A stretch of DNA of 64,000 bases from a virus: positions 2,904 to 66,903 of IMG/VR virus record IMGVR_UViG_3300031857_000133. One strand, written 5' to 3'. The position numbers and the translations under genes were made by a program. Positions 45,958 to 55,396 of this stretch are shown one piece after another. The stretch's first letter is position 1. Each line of letters starts with the position of its first letter. Under the pieces are notes generated by a model, which was given only the letters and a program-made list of their open reading frames with translations, was not told where the DNA came from and did no database searches.

Positions 45958-48014
45958 TATACAGTTTCTAACGTTGTACTGATTGATGTTGGATCATCTT
46001 GATCTATTGTAACTATTGTATTTTTTTCTGTACTTATAATGCCTTTTTCCGATTCAATCGTAACTCGAATATCACCCTCAACAGACTGTGTGCCTTTGAT
46101 GTTAATGTTTGATATTTTAATTGAACCAACATCATAGTCAATTTCGCCAGCATTTTCATCTACAATTTGTCTCTGAGCAAAAGAATCGTAATAAACTGTG
46201 CGAATTGTACCGGTTCTTCCATCGATCACTGCTGAAGCAGTTGCGCCATAACCTCCACCACCAGTAATAGTAACAGTAGCACGTGTGTAGTCAATACCAC
46301 GATTGACCATTTCAATACTTTGGATTCTACCGTTCACGATTGTTGCTGAAGCATTTGCTCCTGTTCCATCGCCTTCAATTGTAATTGTGGGTTGAGAAGT
46401 GAAGCCTGCTCCAGGATTTATAACTTGAATCGAAGAAACACCGGAGAAAGATTGTGGAACTTCATCAAATTGTACTTCACGGTCAACTCCATTGGAGTCT
46501 GCTACTGTAAAAATTGTTGAAGTCAGTTTATTACCGATAGTACCTCTACGCAGAGGTGCATTAAAATTAATAGTATATGGCGTCGAGATGTTTAAAATTG
46601 GAGTGAACCTTTTTTGTAAACGAACTGATACACTTGAACCAATAATCGCATTTGTATCCACAGAATCAATCGTATCTTGCACTTTAGATAGAATGAATTG
46701 TGAACCAAACTTATCCAAATTTACGGTCTTGTAATTGAGAATGGCATTTCTAATTGCCGATTTAAGTTGTGTGTCACTGAGTTTAGTTTTTGTTGGATTA
46801 TATGTAACGTCAGAAGACACCAGTAAATACAGAAACTCTGGATCACGGAACACGGTGTTAATAGCAACAATTGCTCTAGGCTTAATTAGTTCGTCGATAA
46901 TTTTTTGTTTCTCAACATCCGAAAGAAAATAGTTTACCTTAGATTTGATAGCAATATAAACGATACCAAATTTTGGAGGTGACTCATCTTCTCCGCCCCA
47001 AACGGAAACAGAATCTACAAAAGGATAATTCTTTATAATATAAGATTCATAGTCTGGAAAAGTGACTAAACGATTCTGTGTTGTAAATTGTAGCGGTGCA
47101 GAAAATTTAATTTGATCAACAGACTCTCTTTCGGAACCACCCGAAGCCTCAGTTATTGGATCAATGATAAAATCTGTACGAGAATTGTTTAGTGAATCTG
47201 TTAAAGAATCAGTTGAAATAAAATTATTGGCTTTGTTGGCCGCACTTCCATTCGTAACAAGATATTCAACAGTTACAACTGAGCCGTCTGGTATTTTTTT
47301 GCCTATGATATTGTCGCCAAAATAAATTGCATATTGCTGCGCTCTGTTTTCTTGTAAGTAAAATACTTCAGATTGTGTAGTTGTATTTGACGCATCAGTT
47401 GACAACGTATAAACTGAAAAATCTGTGTTTGCCGGCGATGGCTGCACAGTGACGTATAAAGTTGATGTGTCTACGTTCGGATCAGGAAGTATAAAGAGTT
47501 GTTTTGGATTTGAAGCGTTTTCTTGAACGAATGAATAAGATACAAGTTGGCCCTCATAGATGGGTAAATTCAAAAAAGAAAAATTAGTATTAGATTTCGT
47601 TACAGTATAATTCGAGAGTGTGACGAAATTATAAGAAGCACCATCAACCTCATTCGAAATAAATCTATGACCTTTTGGAATCGTAATTGTGGTGTCATCT
47701 ACTGTATTTGTTACCACGCTAAAGTTAATTACAGCACGTGCCGCTTTACGTGAATGTGGAATATATCCTAAAACTTTTGAGTGAGAAACGACAGAATCAC
47801 GAAGTAAAGCTGTGTCCATGAATGCTTCATTTGCAATCATGTTTAAGTAATATGCTTGATAGTGGGTGTTATATGCTAAAATATCCAAGAGAATATTTAA
47901 GCCCGAACCCTCAAAATCATAATCAGTAAACTCCGACTGTTGATTTAAAAACGTTTTTAAATTATTCTTGATTGAGTCAAAATCAAGTTCTGTTACGGTT
48001 AAACGATCTGCCAT
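45957..48014 (-). CDS. gp6: baseplate wedge protein gp6
   Basis: ELDFDSIKNNLK, FTDYDFEGSGLNILLDILAYNTHY, QNRLVT..DY and VWGGED..PP.FG motifs. Confidence 0.95.
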   Translation of the reverse strand: MADRLTVTELDFDSIKNNLKTFLNQQSEFTDYDFEGSGLNILLDILAYNTHYQAYYLNMIANEAFMDTALLRDSVVSHSKVLGYIPHSRKAARAVINFSVVTNTVDDTTITIPKGHRFISNEVDGASYNFVTLSNYTVTKSNTNFSFLNLPIYEGQLVSYSFVQENASNPKQLFILPDPNVDTSTLYVTVQPSPANTDFSVYTLSTDASNTTTQSEVFYLQENRAQQYAIYFGDNIIGKKIPDGSVVTVEYLVTNGSAANKANNFISTDSLTDSLNNSRTDFIIDPITEASGGSERESVDQIKFSAPLQFTTQNRLVTFPDYESYIIKNYPFVDSVSVWGGEDESPPKFGIVYIAIKSKVNYFLSDVEKQKIIDELIKPRAIVAINTVFRDPEFLYLLVSSDVTYNPTKTKLSDTQLKSAIRNAILNYKTVNLDKFGSQFILSKVQDTIDSVDTNAIIGSSVSVRLQKRFTPILNISTPYTINFNAPLRRGTIGNKLTSTIFTVADSNGVDREVQFDEVPQSFSGVSSIQVINPGAGFTSQPTITIEGDGTGANASATIVNGRIQSIEMVNRGIDYTRATVTITGGGGYGATASAVIDGRTGTIRTVYYDSFAQRQIVDENAGEIDYDVGSIKISNINIKGTQSVEGDIRVTIESEKGIISTEKNTIVTIDQDDPTSISTTLETV

Positions 48015-48016
48015 TT

Positions 48017-48439
48017 TTATCTAATTCTCTCTAAGAAGAAATCAATGGTAATTGGATTAGGATTATTGATAATGAAAAATGTCATTGAAATATTGTATCG
48101 ATTTTCATCTGGATACGCTGTTGCTATTACTTCCGTAACATTAACTCTAGGTTCATAATTCAATATCGTTTCTATAATCGCTCTTTCTATTTGAGCAGAA
48201 ATGATTGGATCGACATTCTCAAACAATAAACTTCTTAATCCGCTTCCAATTTCGGGTCTAAACGGGCGCTCATAAAAGTTAGTGGAGATTAAGTTTTTGA
48301 CGGAGTTAATTACAGCATACTCATTTAGATGCTTCGCTATGTCCTTTTTGACAGGATGAACTGTAAATGCCAAATTTAAATCCCGATACGTTCTCTCTGA
48401 AGGTATTCTGGGATTATTGGATGTGATTGTGGTAGTCAT
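48017..48439 (-). CDS. gp25: baseplate wedge protein gp25
   Basis: SVKNLISTNFYERPFRPEIGS...LLFE and YEPRV motifs. Confidence 0.93.
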   Translation of the reverse strand: MTTTITSNNPRIPSERTYRDLNLAFTVHPVKKDIAKHLNEYAVINSVKNLISTNFYERPFRPEIGSGLRSLLFENVDPIISAQIERAIIETILNYEPRVNVTEVIATAYPDENRYNISMTFFIINNPNPITIDFFLERIR

Positions 48440-48450
48440 GTTTTATTTAT

Positions 48451-48741
48451 TCAACCGGCAAAAACATTTGGTGAACCGGCAGCAACTGCCGTGCATCCAC
48501 CAATTCCATCACCCACTCGACCAGCACCTCTACCATTCACTCTGACTGTGCTAGAGCCACCAGATATAGCACCAACATGCACGTAACAAGGCTTATCGCC
48601 TGGCACCAAATGAGGTGTATTAATATGTCCCTGACAACTCCAAGGTATGCCGTTCACAAAAACATTGGTTGAGCCTTGGGCCCTTATGGGAGTTGAGCAA
48701 TGTGTAATATCTGTATCTCCAATTCTACATGCTGCTGGCAT
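48451..48741 (-). CDS. PAAR-repeat spike tip protein (gp5.4-like)
   Basis: Likely start at 48741 (MPAACRIGD); GSTNVFVNG, GSSTVRVNG..AGRVGD and GSPNVFAG motifs, with His/Cys metal ligands. Confidence 0.9.
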   Translation of the reverse strand: MPAACRIGDTDITHCSTPIRAQGSTNVFVNGIPWSCQGHINTPHLVPGDKPCYVHVGAISGGSSTVRVNGRGAGRVGDGIGGCTAVAAGSPNVFAG

Positions 48742-48752
48742 ATTTTTCTCCT

Positions 48753-49694
48753 TTAAGTCCAACCCGGTGGATTAGTAGTGTAACTGGGTGGTGTATCCAC
48801 ACCCTGTCCTTCAGATAACCATGCACCAGAGTCTTCTGTTGGATAAATTTTTATTGGTCCCGCTGGCGGCGGTGAAGTAAAAGTTATAAAATTTCCATTT
48901 ACGGTATACATCGAAGGTGTAACAACTATTGAACTGCCTTCAAAATAAACCGCAATATTATATTCCGTTGTACCGGGTTTGTATGAAGGAGTTCTCGACA
49001 AAGGTCCAAATGTGGTCAAAACTCCATTACCCGTGAACGTATCCGCTTCAAATTGATACTGTTGAACAACTCTCGTTGGATCTTCTGGATTCTCTTCAAC
49101 ATATACACTATTAACTAACGAATTTAATCTTGTAAAATGTCTAGTCGGTATCAAATGTACATATTGAATAATACCAGAATTCGCACTAACTGTTCCTTGA
49201 AAATTAAAAACTGCCAATTTTTCTAAAGAATCATCTGGATAAAATTTTATAAGATGATTCCATCCAGTTTTAGAACTGTGTGTTGGTGCCCTATTTGCAA
49301 TCAAAGTTGAATACGAATTATATGTTGTTACAACAAAATCCCCTTCGGGTTTTGAATCTGAGCCATAAAAACTTGGCTGATCTTCTATGTAATTATTTGA
49401 ATTGATCACCTGATATATGTCTCTAGTTGCTAAATCTTCTCCATATTCACCAGTTAAAGTGAATGTCACTTGATATGTTTGTACAATTCCAGTGGTAATG
49501 AGAATACAACTTGTGTTTACCATTGTGACGCCACTTATCACCGTTTCTGTGGCAAGCCCCTTATCAACAATTGCATTAACGTAAGTAATGTTTACTGGCT
49601 GTCCAGCATCAACATCCATTTTAGGATGTGTAAAAACTACAGTTTCTCCAGCAGGAACTGGAGTAAATTGTCTACCATATTCCGAAAGTGCCAT
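48753..49694 (-). CDS. hypothetical structural protein with a C-terminal DG-x-T fibre-type domain
   Basis: C-terminal DTFTGNGVLTTFGPLSRTP...NFITFTSPP resembles the N-terminal domain of 29070-30026. Confidence 0.5.
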   Translation of the reverse strand: MALSEYGRQFTPVPAGETVVFTHPKMDVDAGQPVNITYVNAIVDKGLATETVISGVTMVNTSCILITTGIVQTYQVTFTLTGEYGEDLATRDIYQVINSNNYIEDQPSFYGSDSKPEGDFVVTTYNSYSTLIANRAPTHSSKTGWNHLIKFYPDDSLEKLAVFNFQGTVSANSGIIQYVHLIPTRHFTRLNSLVNSVYVEENPEDPTRVVQQYQFEADTFTGNGVLTTFGPLSRTPSYKPGTTEYNIAVYFEGSSIVVTPSMYTVNGNFITFTSPPPAGPIKIYPTEDSGAWLSEGQGVDTPPSYTTNPPGWT

Positions 49695-49891
49695 TAAAAA
49701 CTACCTCTAGACATTAACTCTTTGAATCTAGGCATCCAGGATTCTATTTCATCATGATCTTCTTTCGAGTGTGGCGGTGGCGGCATGTACGGATTAAATT
49801 TAATCACCGCATCAAACTTTTTAGGTATGTCTTCCCAACGATCATAAGTTTTAAGTTCACCTTCAAGCAAAATAATAAATTCATGTTTCAT
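49694..49891 (-). CDS. small conserved hypothetical protein of the spike cluster
   Basis: 65 aa, DIPKKFDAVIKFNP..PPPPH.KEDH; tightly packed after gp5. Confidence 0.6.
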   Translation of the reverse strand: MKHEFIILLEGELKTYDRWEDIPKKFDAVIKFNPYMPPPPHSKEDHDEIESWMPRFKELMSRGSF

Positions 49892-49892
49892 T

Positions 49893-50993
49893 TTAATTCA
49901 GCCTAATTATTGATCCTCTTATTGTCATGACACCACCCGATCTAATTGATGCCGATCCACTTGCTGATATATCTAAAGTCTGACACGTTGCTTTTAATTG
50001 CTGTGATACTGTCAGCGTGGCATTTTTTCTAATTGTGCCACTCAAATTTCCATCAACCGTTGCAGTAACATCTCCCTTAACTGTAGCAGTAACATTTTTT
50101 CCTACAAGAGCAGTAACATTCTCATCAACTTTTACGAATGCATTTTTCTTCACATACACTTCAGCATCGCCCTGCACAGTCACAAAACATTTGCCCATAA
50201 TGTAAACACGATCATTACCCATAACTATTTCATAATTATCTTTCGTAACTTTTTCCACTTTGTCGCCAGCAGGAAACCATTCTTGAAATGATCCATTACG
50301 GTGAGCAAGATGAATGCGTTCTTTGCCGACAGTATCATCGAACTCCATAATGTGTCCTGATTCAGTTTCCGTAACATTATTATATGGATATTTCGTTCCA
50401 TATTTTGTTTCAGGTTCATTCCAAGTTCCATTGTATGTCGGCACAGATTTCACTACATTAGTTTTGCGTTCTTGAATAAATGTTTTTTGAATTGTGTCCG
50501 AATCATTTCGTGCGATTCTAGAAGTTGTTGGCTCATCTAAAATATTAGGATATAAAGATGCTTTACTTTCTTCTGTGATTTGTATTCCAGTTCCATCCGT
50601 CTTATACGTTTTTGATTTTGGTGGTCTTGGTGCAGAAGACAATTGTGCATCAGTTCTTGGATCATTAAACGGATCTTGATTGTTTGGTGCTTTTAATGGT
50701 ATACTAGGAAAAGAACCCAGCATTACAGGTTGTTGAGCATTTTCGGCATCAAGAAAGAAACCGAAAACCATATCTCCTTCATTTGGAGTATACACATTAA
50801 CAGAGTTTACAGGAATACTTGGAACAGCCCAAGGCAAACTATTGGTAGGTAATTCCATTTTATTAGCAGAATGCCAACCGACACAACGAACTCGACAACG
50901 ACCCAATTTTAATGGGTCTTGTCTGTCTTCTATTACTCCAGTCCACCAAATAAATCCATCTTTACCTGCAAAATTTTTTTTATTTTCTATCAT
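49893..50993 (-). CDS. gp5: baseplate hub/central spike gp5 (no lysozyme domain)
   Basis: N-terminal OB fold WWTGVIEDRQDPLKLGRCRVR...LPWA, YPYNNVTETESGHIMEFDDT, and C-terminal 8-residue VxGN-type beta-helix repeats. Confidence 0.9.
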   Translation of the reverse strand: MIENKKNFAGKDGFIWWTGVIEDRQDPLKLGRCRVRCVGWHSANKMELPTNSLPWAVPSIPVNSVNVYTPNEGDMVFGFFLDAENAQQPVMLGSFPSIPLKAPNNQDPFNDPRTDAQLSSAPRPPKSKTYKTDGTGIQITEESKASLYPNILDEPTTSRIARNDSDTIQKTFIQERKTNVVKSVPTYNGTWNEPETKYGTKYPYNNVTETESGHIMEFDDTVGKERIHLAHRNGSFQEWFPAGDKVEKVTKDNYEIVMGNDRVYIMGKCFVTVQGDAEVYVKKNAFVKVDENVTALVGKNVTATVKGDVTATVDGNLSGTIRKNATLTVSQQLKATCQTLDISASGSASIRSGGVMTIRGSIIRLN

Positions 50994-50996
50994 AGT

Positions 50997-52352
50997 TTAA
51001 CCCGCACGTGTAATTTTATCATATGCTTTCAAAGCACTTTCTTGCGATTGTGTTGTTGAATACTTCTGTGTTTCATTTGTAGAATCTGTGGCAACTTCAA
51101 TCACTGTGACATGGCGACGAAGACTTAGAATATGTCTAGTACCAACAATAATGTATTTTCCGGATATAGTTTTATCAAAGTCTTTCTCATCCGTTTTTGC
51201 CGCAGCACCAAAGCCAGGTGAAATTACGTTTACCATAAAACCAGAAGACAACTGAAAATTGCCTGGCATCACAATTCTCATTCTTCTTTCCATCAATCTA
51301 GTCAATATAGCTTTTCTTTGTTGAAGGAATAATTCTTGAGTTTCTTCTTTTGAAATTGAAGAAGGATCATTCTTCTTCACATAGTTGCTGTTTTTTCTAT
51401 TCGCTTGATTCGAACTCAAAACTTGATTGCCTTGATAATTATCTTTAACAGAAGTTCTATCTCTGTTGATTATTTCTGTGCCTGTTGCATTTTTATTTGC
51501 ATGTGACATGCTGGCAAAAGTATCATCTCCATTTATTGTTTTTTCACCTATGCTTCTTGTAAGAGGATCAAAACCTATGAACACACCTGCATCAACACCA
51601 CTTTTAATTTTTGTTATCGTGTCTTCTTGTGAAACAATTTCAAAACCTCTTGCTCTTCCCATTTCAAGAATTGCTTCACCCGTATCTAAATTTTTTGGCG
51701 TAAACGTTATATCTAGAATAGGATTTTTTGATAAAAGTCTAGATAAAGAAGAAAAATTATATCCCGCAATGTTTGAATAAAAAACATAGTCAGGAACATT
51801 TTTGTCGTTTATAGCTCTTTTGGCACACCACTCCAAAGCATCAAGTGGAGGCAAATTAGGCACAGTGATTTTTCTTATGCCGTTTGTTGGTTCGATTTCC
51901 GATATCTTCTTTGTATCTAAACCAAATCCAATTCTACTGTCCGTCAATATCTTTCTTACCAAATCAGAATACTTACCGTCAAAACCAAAAGACAATTTCT
52001 TTTGCTCCGAATAAATTAGTTCATCAGACACAAAGTGGATAATATAAGATTCACTCGTATTGTTTACATTCTTTCGAGTTGATATGTGATAGATTCTGAA
52101 AATCTTAACAAAAGAAGCAAAATCATCATTAGGAGTTTTAGTTATATAAAACTGAATCGGATCACCATTCGGCGACACTCTTTCTTGAAGTTTGGCAGCA
52201 TCAGTTATTAATACTTCGCCAGAACTGACGGGCAAAAAAAGATTGTCATAAAGATGAATCTCTTCAATCAAATCGGTTATGTTTAAAGCCCCACCCTTAG
52301 TTTGAATGGATACTTCTTTAACAATAAACTGTGTGGAATCAATTAAATTCAT
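50997..52352 (-). CDS. baseplate hub protein (gp27-like)
   Basis: Position between gp53 and gp5; IHLYDNLFLPVSSGEVLITD, VMPGNFQLSSG and SGKYIIVGTRH motifs of hub-fold proteins. Confidence 0.65.
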   Translation of the reverse strand: MNLIDSTQFIVKEVSIQTKGGALNITDLIEEIHLYDNLFLPVSSGEVLITDAAKLQERVSPNGDPIQFYITKTPNDDFASFVKIFRIYHISTRKNVNNTSESYIIHFVSDELIYSEQKKLSFGFDGKYSDLVRKILTDSRIGFGLDTKKISEIEPTNGIRKITVPNLPPLDALEWCAKRAINDKNVPDYVFYSNIAGYNFSSLSRLLSKNPILDITFTPKNLDTGEAILEMGRARGFEIVSQEDTITKIKSGVDAGVFIGFDPLTRSIGEKTINGDDTFASMSHANKNATGTEIINRDRTSVKDNYQGNQVLSSNQANRKNSNYVKKNDPSSISKEETQELFLQQRKAILTRLMERRMRIVMPGNFQLSSGFMVNVISPGFGAAAKTDEKDFDKTISGKYIIVGTRHILSLRRHVTVIEVATDSTNETQKYSTTQSQESALKAYDKITRAG

Positions 52353-53014
52353 TACGGATTCATCAACTGTTTAAACTCTTCCATGACCACAGTAACATAT
52401 TGTGGCTTTAAAAGACGGATTTCTCTTTTCGCTTCGTTCTCTTGCATTTCGTAGTCATAATAAGTTAATCGTTCTTTTGAAACAGTTTCTTTTATTTGTC
52501 TTCCATTCTGTAGAGTGTATGTGTTGGAAGTGACACTTACGTTTGCATATGTGTTCGCCGTGATTTGTATTTTTTCGGATATTGTTTTATCTTCGGGTCC
52601 ACTCGACACAAAACTTCTAGTAACTACTTTATAATACGAGTGTATATTATTTCCATTTTGTGCCCAAGTTAAACCAGATTGTACAGTTGTATTCGAAGCA
52701 CCATTCGCCGCATACTTCTGATTAACGTAATTAATAAAATTTGGATAATTTAATGGCCAATCATATTGCGGATCAATGATATCATTGAACAATAAAACAA
52801 TCCAATGTTTTTCTGAATCGTTATAATACTTAGATGCTATAATTTCTGGCGTGTCAGAGTCTTTGACTTCATATGGATAAAACGCCGAAGAATTTTCTTT
52901 TATCGAAGATAAAAAGCCAAATCGTGCCGTTATATTTGTAACAGTATCTAAACTACTATTATTATTTGCCGAAGCATAAAAAGTTAACGGAAAGTGTCTA
53001 AAAAAGTTTGCCAT
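52352..53014 (-). CDS. gp53: baseplate wedge protein gp53
   Basis: Likely start 53014 (MANFFRHFP); LysM-like DTPEIIASKYY...HWIVLLFNDIIDPQYDWPL and YDYE..NEAKREI.LLKP motifs. Confidence 0.9.
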   Translation of the reverse strand: MANFFRHFPLTFYASANNNSSLDTVTNITARFGFLSSIKENSSAFYPYEVKDSDTPEIIASKYYNDSEKHWIVLLFNDIIDPQYDWPLNYPNFINYVNQKYAANGASNTTVQSGLTWAQNGNNIHSYYKVVTRSFVSSGPEDKTISEKIQITANTYANVSVTSNTYTLQNGRQIKETVSKERLTYYDYEMQENEAKREIRLLKPQYVTVVMEEFKQLMNP

Positions 53015-53015
53015 T

Positions 53016-54338
53016 TTATTTTCTTGCAAATATTCCTTGTTTCATACCTTCCACATTAGGTCTTTGTCCAGCACTAGATGCACTGGTTGCCATATCAAAA
53101 TCTTCTTTTGTAATGTATGTGATTTCTCTAAATCTGAGCGACATTTGAATCGCCACTGGCATACCAGTTCTACCCAAAGCAGCACTGTTTTCGCCTACGG
53201 ATTCATATGCGGCAAAACCACGTGGCGCATAATTGATCTGAATGTTTTCTAAAACACAAGTGGCGATTGGCGGTATGTTTGGATTTTGTCTGCCGGCATA
53301 AAAAAATCTAATGTCAAATTCAGAAGGAGGTATCAACAATCCAGTTTGATTGGCAACACCACCCATCAGTTCTGGTGCTTGATGAAAACGAAAACGTTCG
53401 ATAATTTTTTGTACTTGAAACGCTTCTTGTTCACTTCTTGGAAAAAACATAAACTCAAATTGAAATGAACGAAATTCTGGTGCAGTGTATATCATTTCAA
53501 GCATTGGGTTTGTTACACCGCCAGTGGCAACGAACGCTCCTATGCGTGAGAGATTTTCTCCAACACCGGCATTTTCTGCAACTTTTCGAATCAACTGTGA
53601 ACCAAGTCCTGATTTACCAACTGCCGCAACTGCGCCCTTTAAATCACCCGCTCTGACTCTTTCAATCAAATTCGGTGCTGCAACAAGTGCTTGACCCAAC
53701 ATTTCATCGCCTGGTCTAATTGTATCATAACTTGCATTCGAATCGAAATTCAAAGTGTCTGGCATGTACAGTGCAATGGCATCCGTTGTCAACTGCGTTC
53801 TTGTTAAGAATCCACCAGCAGCAGTGCCAGCGTTCTTATCAATGATTGATTTGACTGAAGTTTCGACTGTGCCTTGTCTATCGGTAAGTTGTCTTTGTGG
53901 CTGAGGACCTTTTACAAATCCATCAATCGCTCCAGCAATTTTACCCGCAACACCACCGGAGCCAAAGTTTTTAGTTAATGATGATGTGCCTTTTGAGATC
54001 ACATTAGTCAATGCCGAATTTATAGTATCCGCAAAAGTATTTCTACCAATGCCAAAACCACCGCCCGAAAAAGTAGAACTTCCTCTCAAGCCATCAAGTA
54101 TTTGTCTTTCAGTTTCTTTTGAGAAGGTCTGTCCACCCCTAAGACCTACGGAGTATTGTGTATTTTTTTGTTCTCTTACAAAGAACACCATGTAGTGGCC
54201 TTTGTCGGCACTTCCAACGTCTAGTGGATATTTAAGTGTGCTTTTTTGATATGATGAACCCTCTAATGCCGCCAGTGCGCCAATTTTTCTTGGCTCAATT
54301 TGATTGAATTTTATATCCGTAAGACCAAAAAATGCCAT
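53016..54338 (-). CDS. gp48: baseplate tail tube cap gp48
   Basis: LKYPLD, IALYMP, NPMLEMIY..P.FRSFQFEF.FFPRS..E and P..I.MSL.FRE motifs. Confidence 0.88.
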   Translation of the reverse strand: MAFFGLTDIKFNQIEPRKIGALAALEGSSYQKSTLKYPLDVGSADKGHYMVFFVREQKNTQYSVGLRGGQTFSKETERQILDGLRGSSTFSGGGFGIGRNTFADTINSALTNVISKGTSSLTKNFGSGGVAGKIAGAIDGFVKGPQPQRQLTDRQGTVETSVKSIIDKNAGTAAGGFLTRTQLTTDAIALYMPDTLNFDSNASYDTIRPGDEMLGQALVAAPNLIERVRAGDLKGAVAAVGKSGLGSQLIRKVAENAGVGENLSRIGAFVATGGVTNPMLEMIYTAPEFRSFQFEFMFFPRSEQEAFQVQKIIERFRFHQAPELMGGVANQTGLLIPPSEFDIRFFYAGRQNPNIPPIATCVLENIQINYAPRGFAAYESVGENSAALGRTGMPVAIQMSLRFREITYITKEDFDMATSASSAGQRPNVEGMKQGIFARK

Positions 54339-54367
54339 GTGAGTTCCTGTTTAGATTGACTAGATAG

Positions 54368-54375
54368 TATTTATG
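54368..54375 (-). promoter_or_regulatory. late promoter (CATAAATA) for the gp48 baseplate operon
   Basis: Lies in the 34-bp divergent gap and overlaps the gp4 ATG. Confidence 0.55.
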
Positions 54376-54807
54376 TCAAATAAAGGAAGATTTAGACCGA
54401 AAAACCCACAGAAATATAAGGGTGATGCAAACAATATCATCTATAGGTCTACGTGGGAGATAAAGGTAATGAATTATTTAGATGAGAATCCGAACGTCAT
54501 TTGGTGGGGTTCGGAAGAACTTCCTATACCCTATTACAGTCCAGTCGATAGAAAAAAACATCGTTACTTTCCAGATTTTATCGCCAAGATGCGTAAAGCG
54601 GACGGCACAGTGATGACTTATGTTATAGAGGTTAAACCGGAAAAACAAACACAACCGCCAACACAAAAACGCAAGACAAAAACATATCTCCAAGAAGCCA
54701 TCACTTACGAAATCAACAAAGCCAAATGGTATGCTGCCGAAGAATTTTGCAAAGATCACGGGTGGCAGTTTCAGATTTTGACTGAAAAGCATTTGGGTAT
54801 CAGATAA
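54373..54807 (+). CDS. gp4: head completion protein gp4 (TnsA-like nuclease fold)
   Basis: KGRFRPKNPQKYKGD..NIIYRSTWE, HRYFPDF, IEVKP..QT and F.ILTE motifs. Confidence 0.93.
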   Translation: MSNKGRFRPKNPQKYKGDANNIIYRSTWEIKVMNYLDENPNVIWWGSEELPIPYYSPVDRKKHRYFPDFIAKMRKADGTVMTYVIEVKPEKQTQPPTQKRKTKTYLQEAITYEINKAKWYAAEEFCKDHGWQFQILTEKHLGIR

Positions 54808-54810
54808 ATA
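54803..54810 (+). promoter_or_regulatory. late promoter (GATAAATA) upstream of gp2
   Basis: ATAAATA overlaps the gp4 stop, 5 nt before the gp2 ATG. Confidence 0.5.
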
Positions 54811-54814
54811 TAAG

Positions 54815-55396
54815 ATGGCGAAACGACTTATTGATAGAATTAAGGAATCCCTTGCAAAATCAGGATATGCTCCACGTTCACGTGAGGCACGTGCTTGGCT
54901 AAAGTCCAAAGTTCCGACACTCAGGCCCACTAAGGGTGATTTAATGCGTGATCGTGAACGATTAAAAAATCAGTCTATCATTGGTCGTATGTACTTTTAC
55001 TATTATGATCCAAAGACGAAAGATTCGTTGCCATATTACGATAGGTTCCCATTGGTTATTCCAATAGAACGATACTCAGACGGCTTTTTAGGGTTGAATT
55101 TACATTACATTCACCCAAAGCGACGAATCATTCTTCTCGACAAGTTAAGTACAATTTTGAATAACCGTGATTATGATGAAACCACAAGATTTAGAATTAG
55201 TTACGACTTTTTGAAAAGAGCATCTAAAATCTATGAAGCGACTCCGTGTATCAAACGATACTTATCTGGACACGTTCAATCTAGATTTTTAGAAATAAAT
55301 GCCGATGAATGGGACATCGCTGCTCTATTGCCTGTGGAATCTTTTGCAAAAGCAACGGCTAGCAAAGTCTGGTCAGACTCAGAGGACAAATTTTAA
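54815..55396 (+). CDS. gp2: DNA end protector protein gp2
   Basis: GRMYFYYYDPKTKDSLPYYDRFPLV, GFLGLNLHY and PCIKRYLSGHVQSRF motifs. Confidence 0.93.
   Translation: MAKRLIDRIKESLAKSGYAPRSREARAWLKSKVPTLRPTKGDLMRDRERLKNQSIIGRMYFYYYDPKTKDSLPYYDRFPLVIPIERYSDGFLGLNLHYIHPKRRIILLDKLSTILNNRDYDETTRFRISYDFLKRASKIYEATPCIKRYLSGHVQSRFLEINADEWDIAALLPVESFAKATASKVWSDSEDKF

Noticed and set aside
54373-54807. TnsA-like endonuclease suggesting a Tn7 element
   Set aside because: It is the T4-like head completion protein gp4, next to gp2; no other tns genes or transposon ends are present.
54478-54930. 150-aa minus-strand ORF
   Set aside because: It is antisense to the well-supported gp4 and gp2 genes and has no recognisable motifs.
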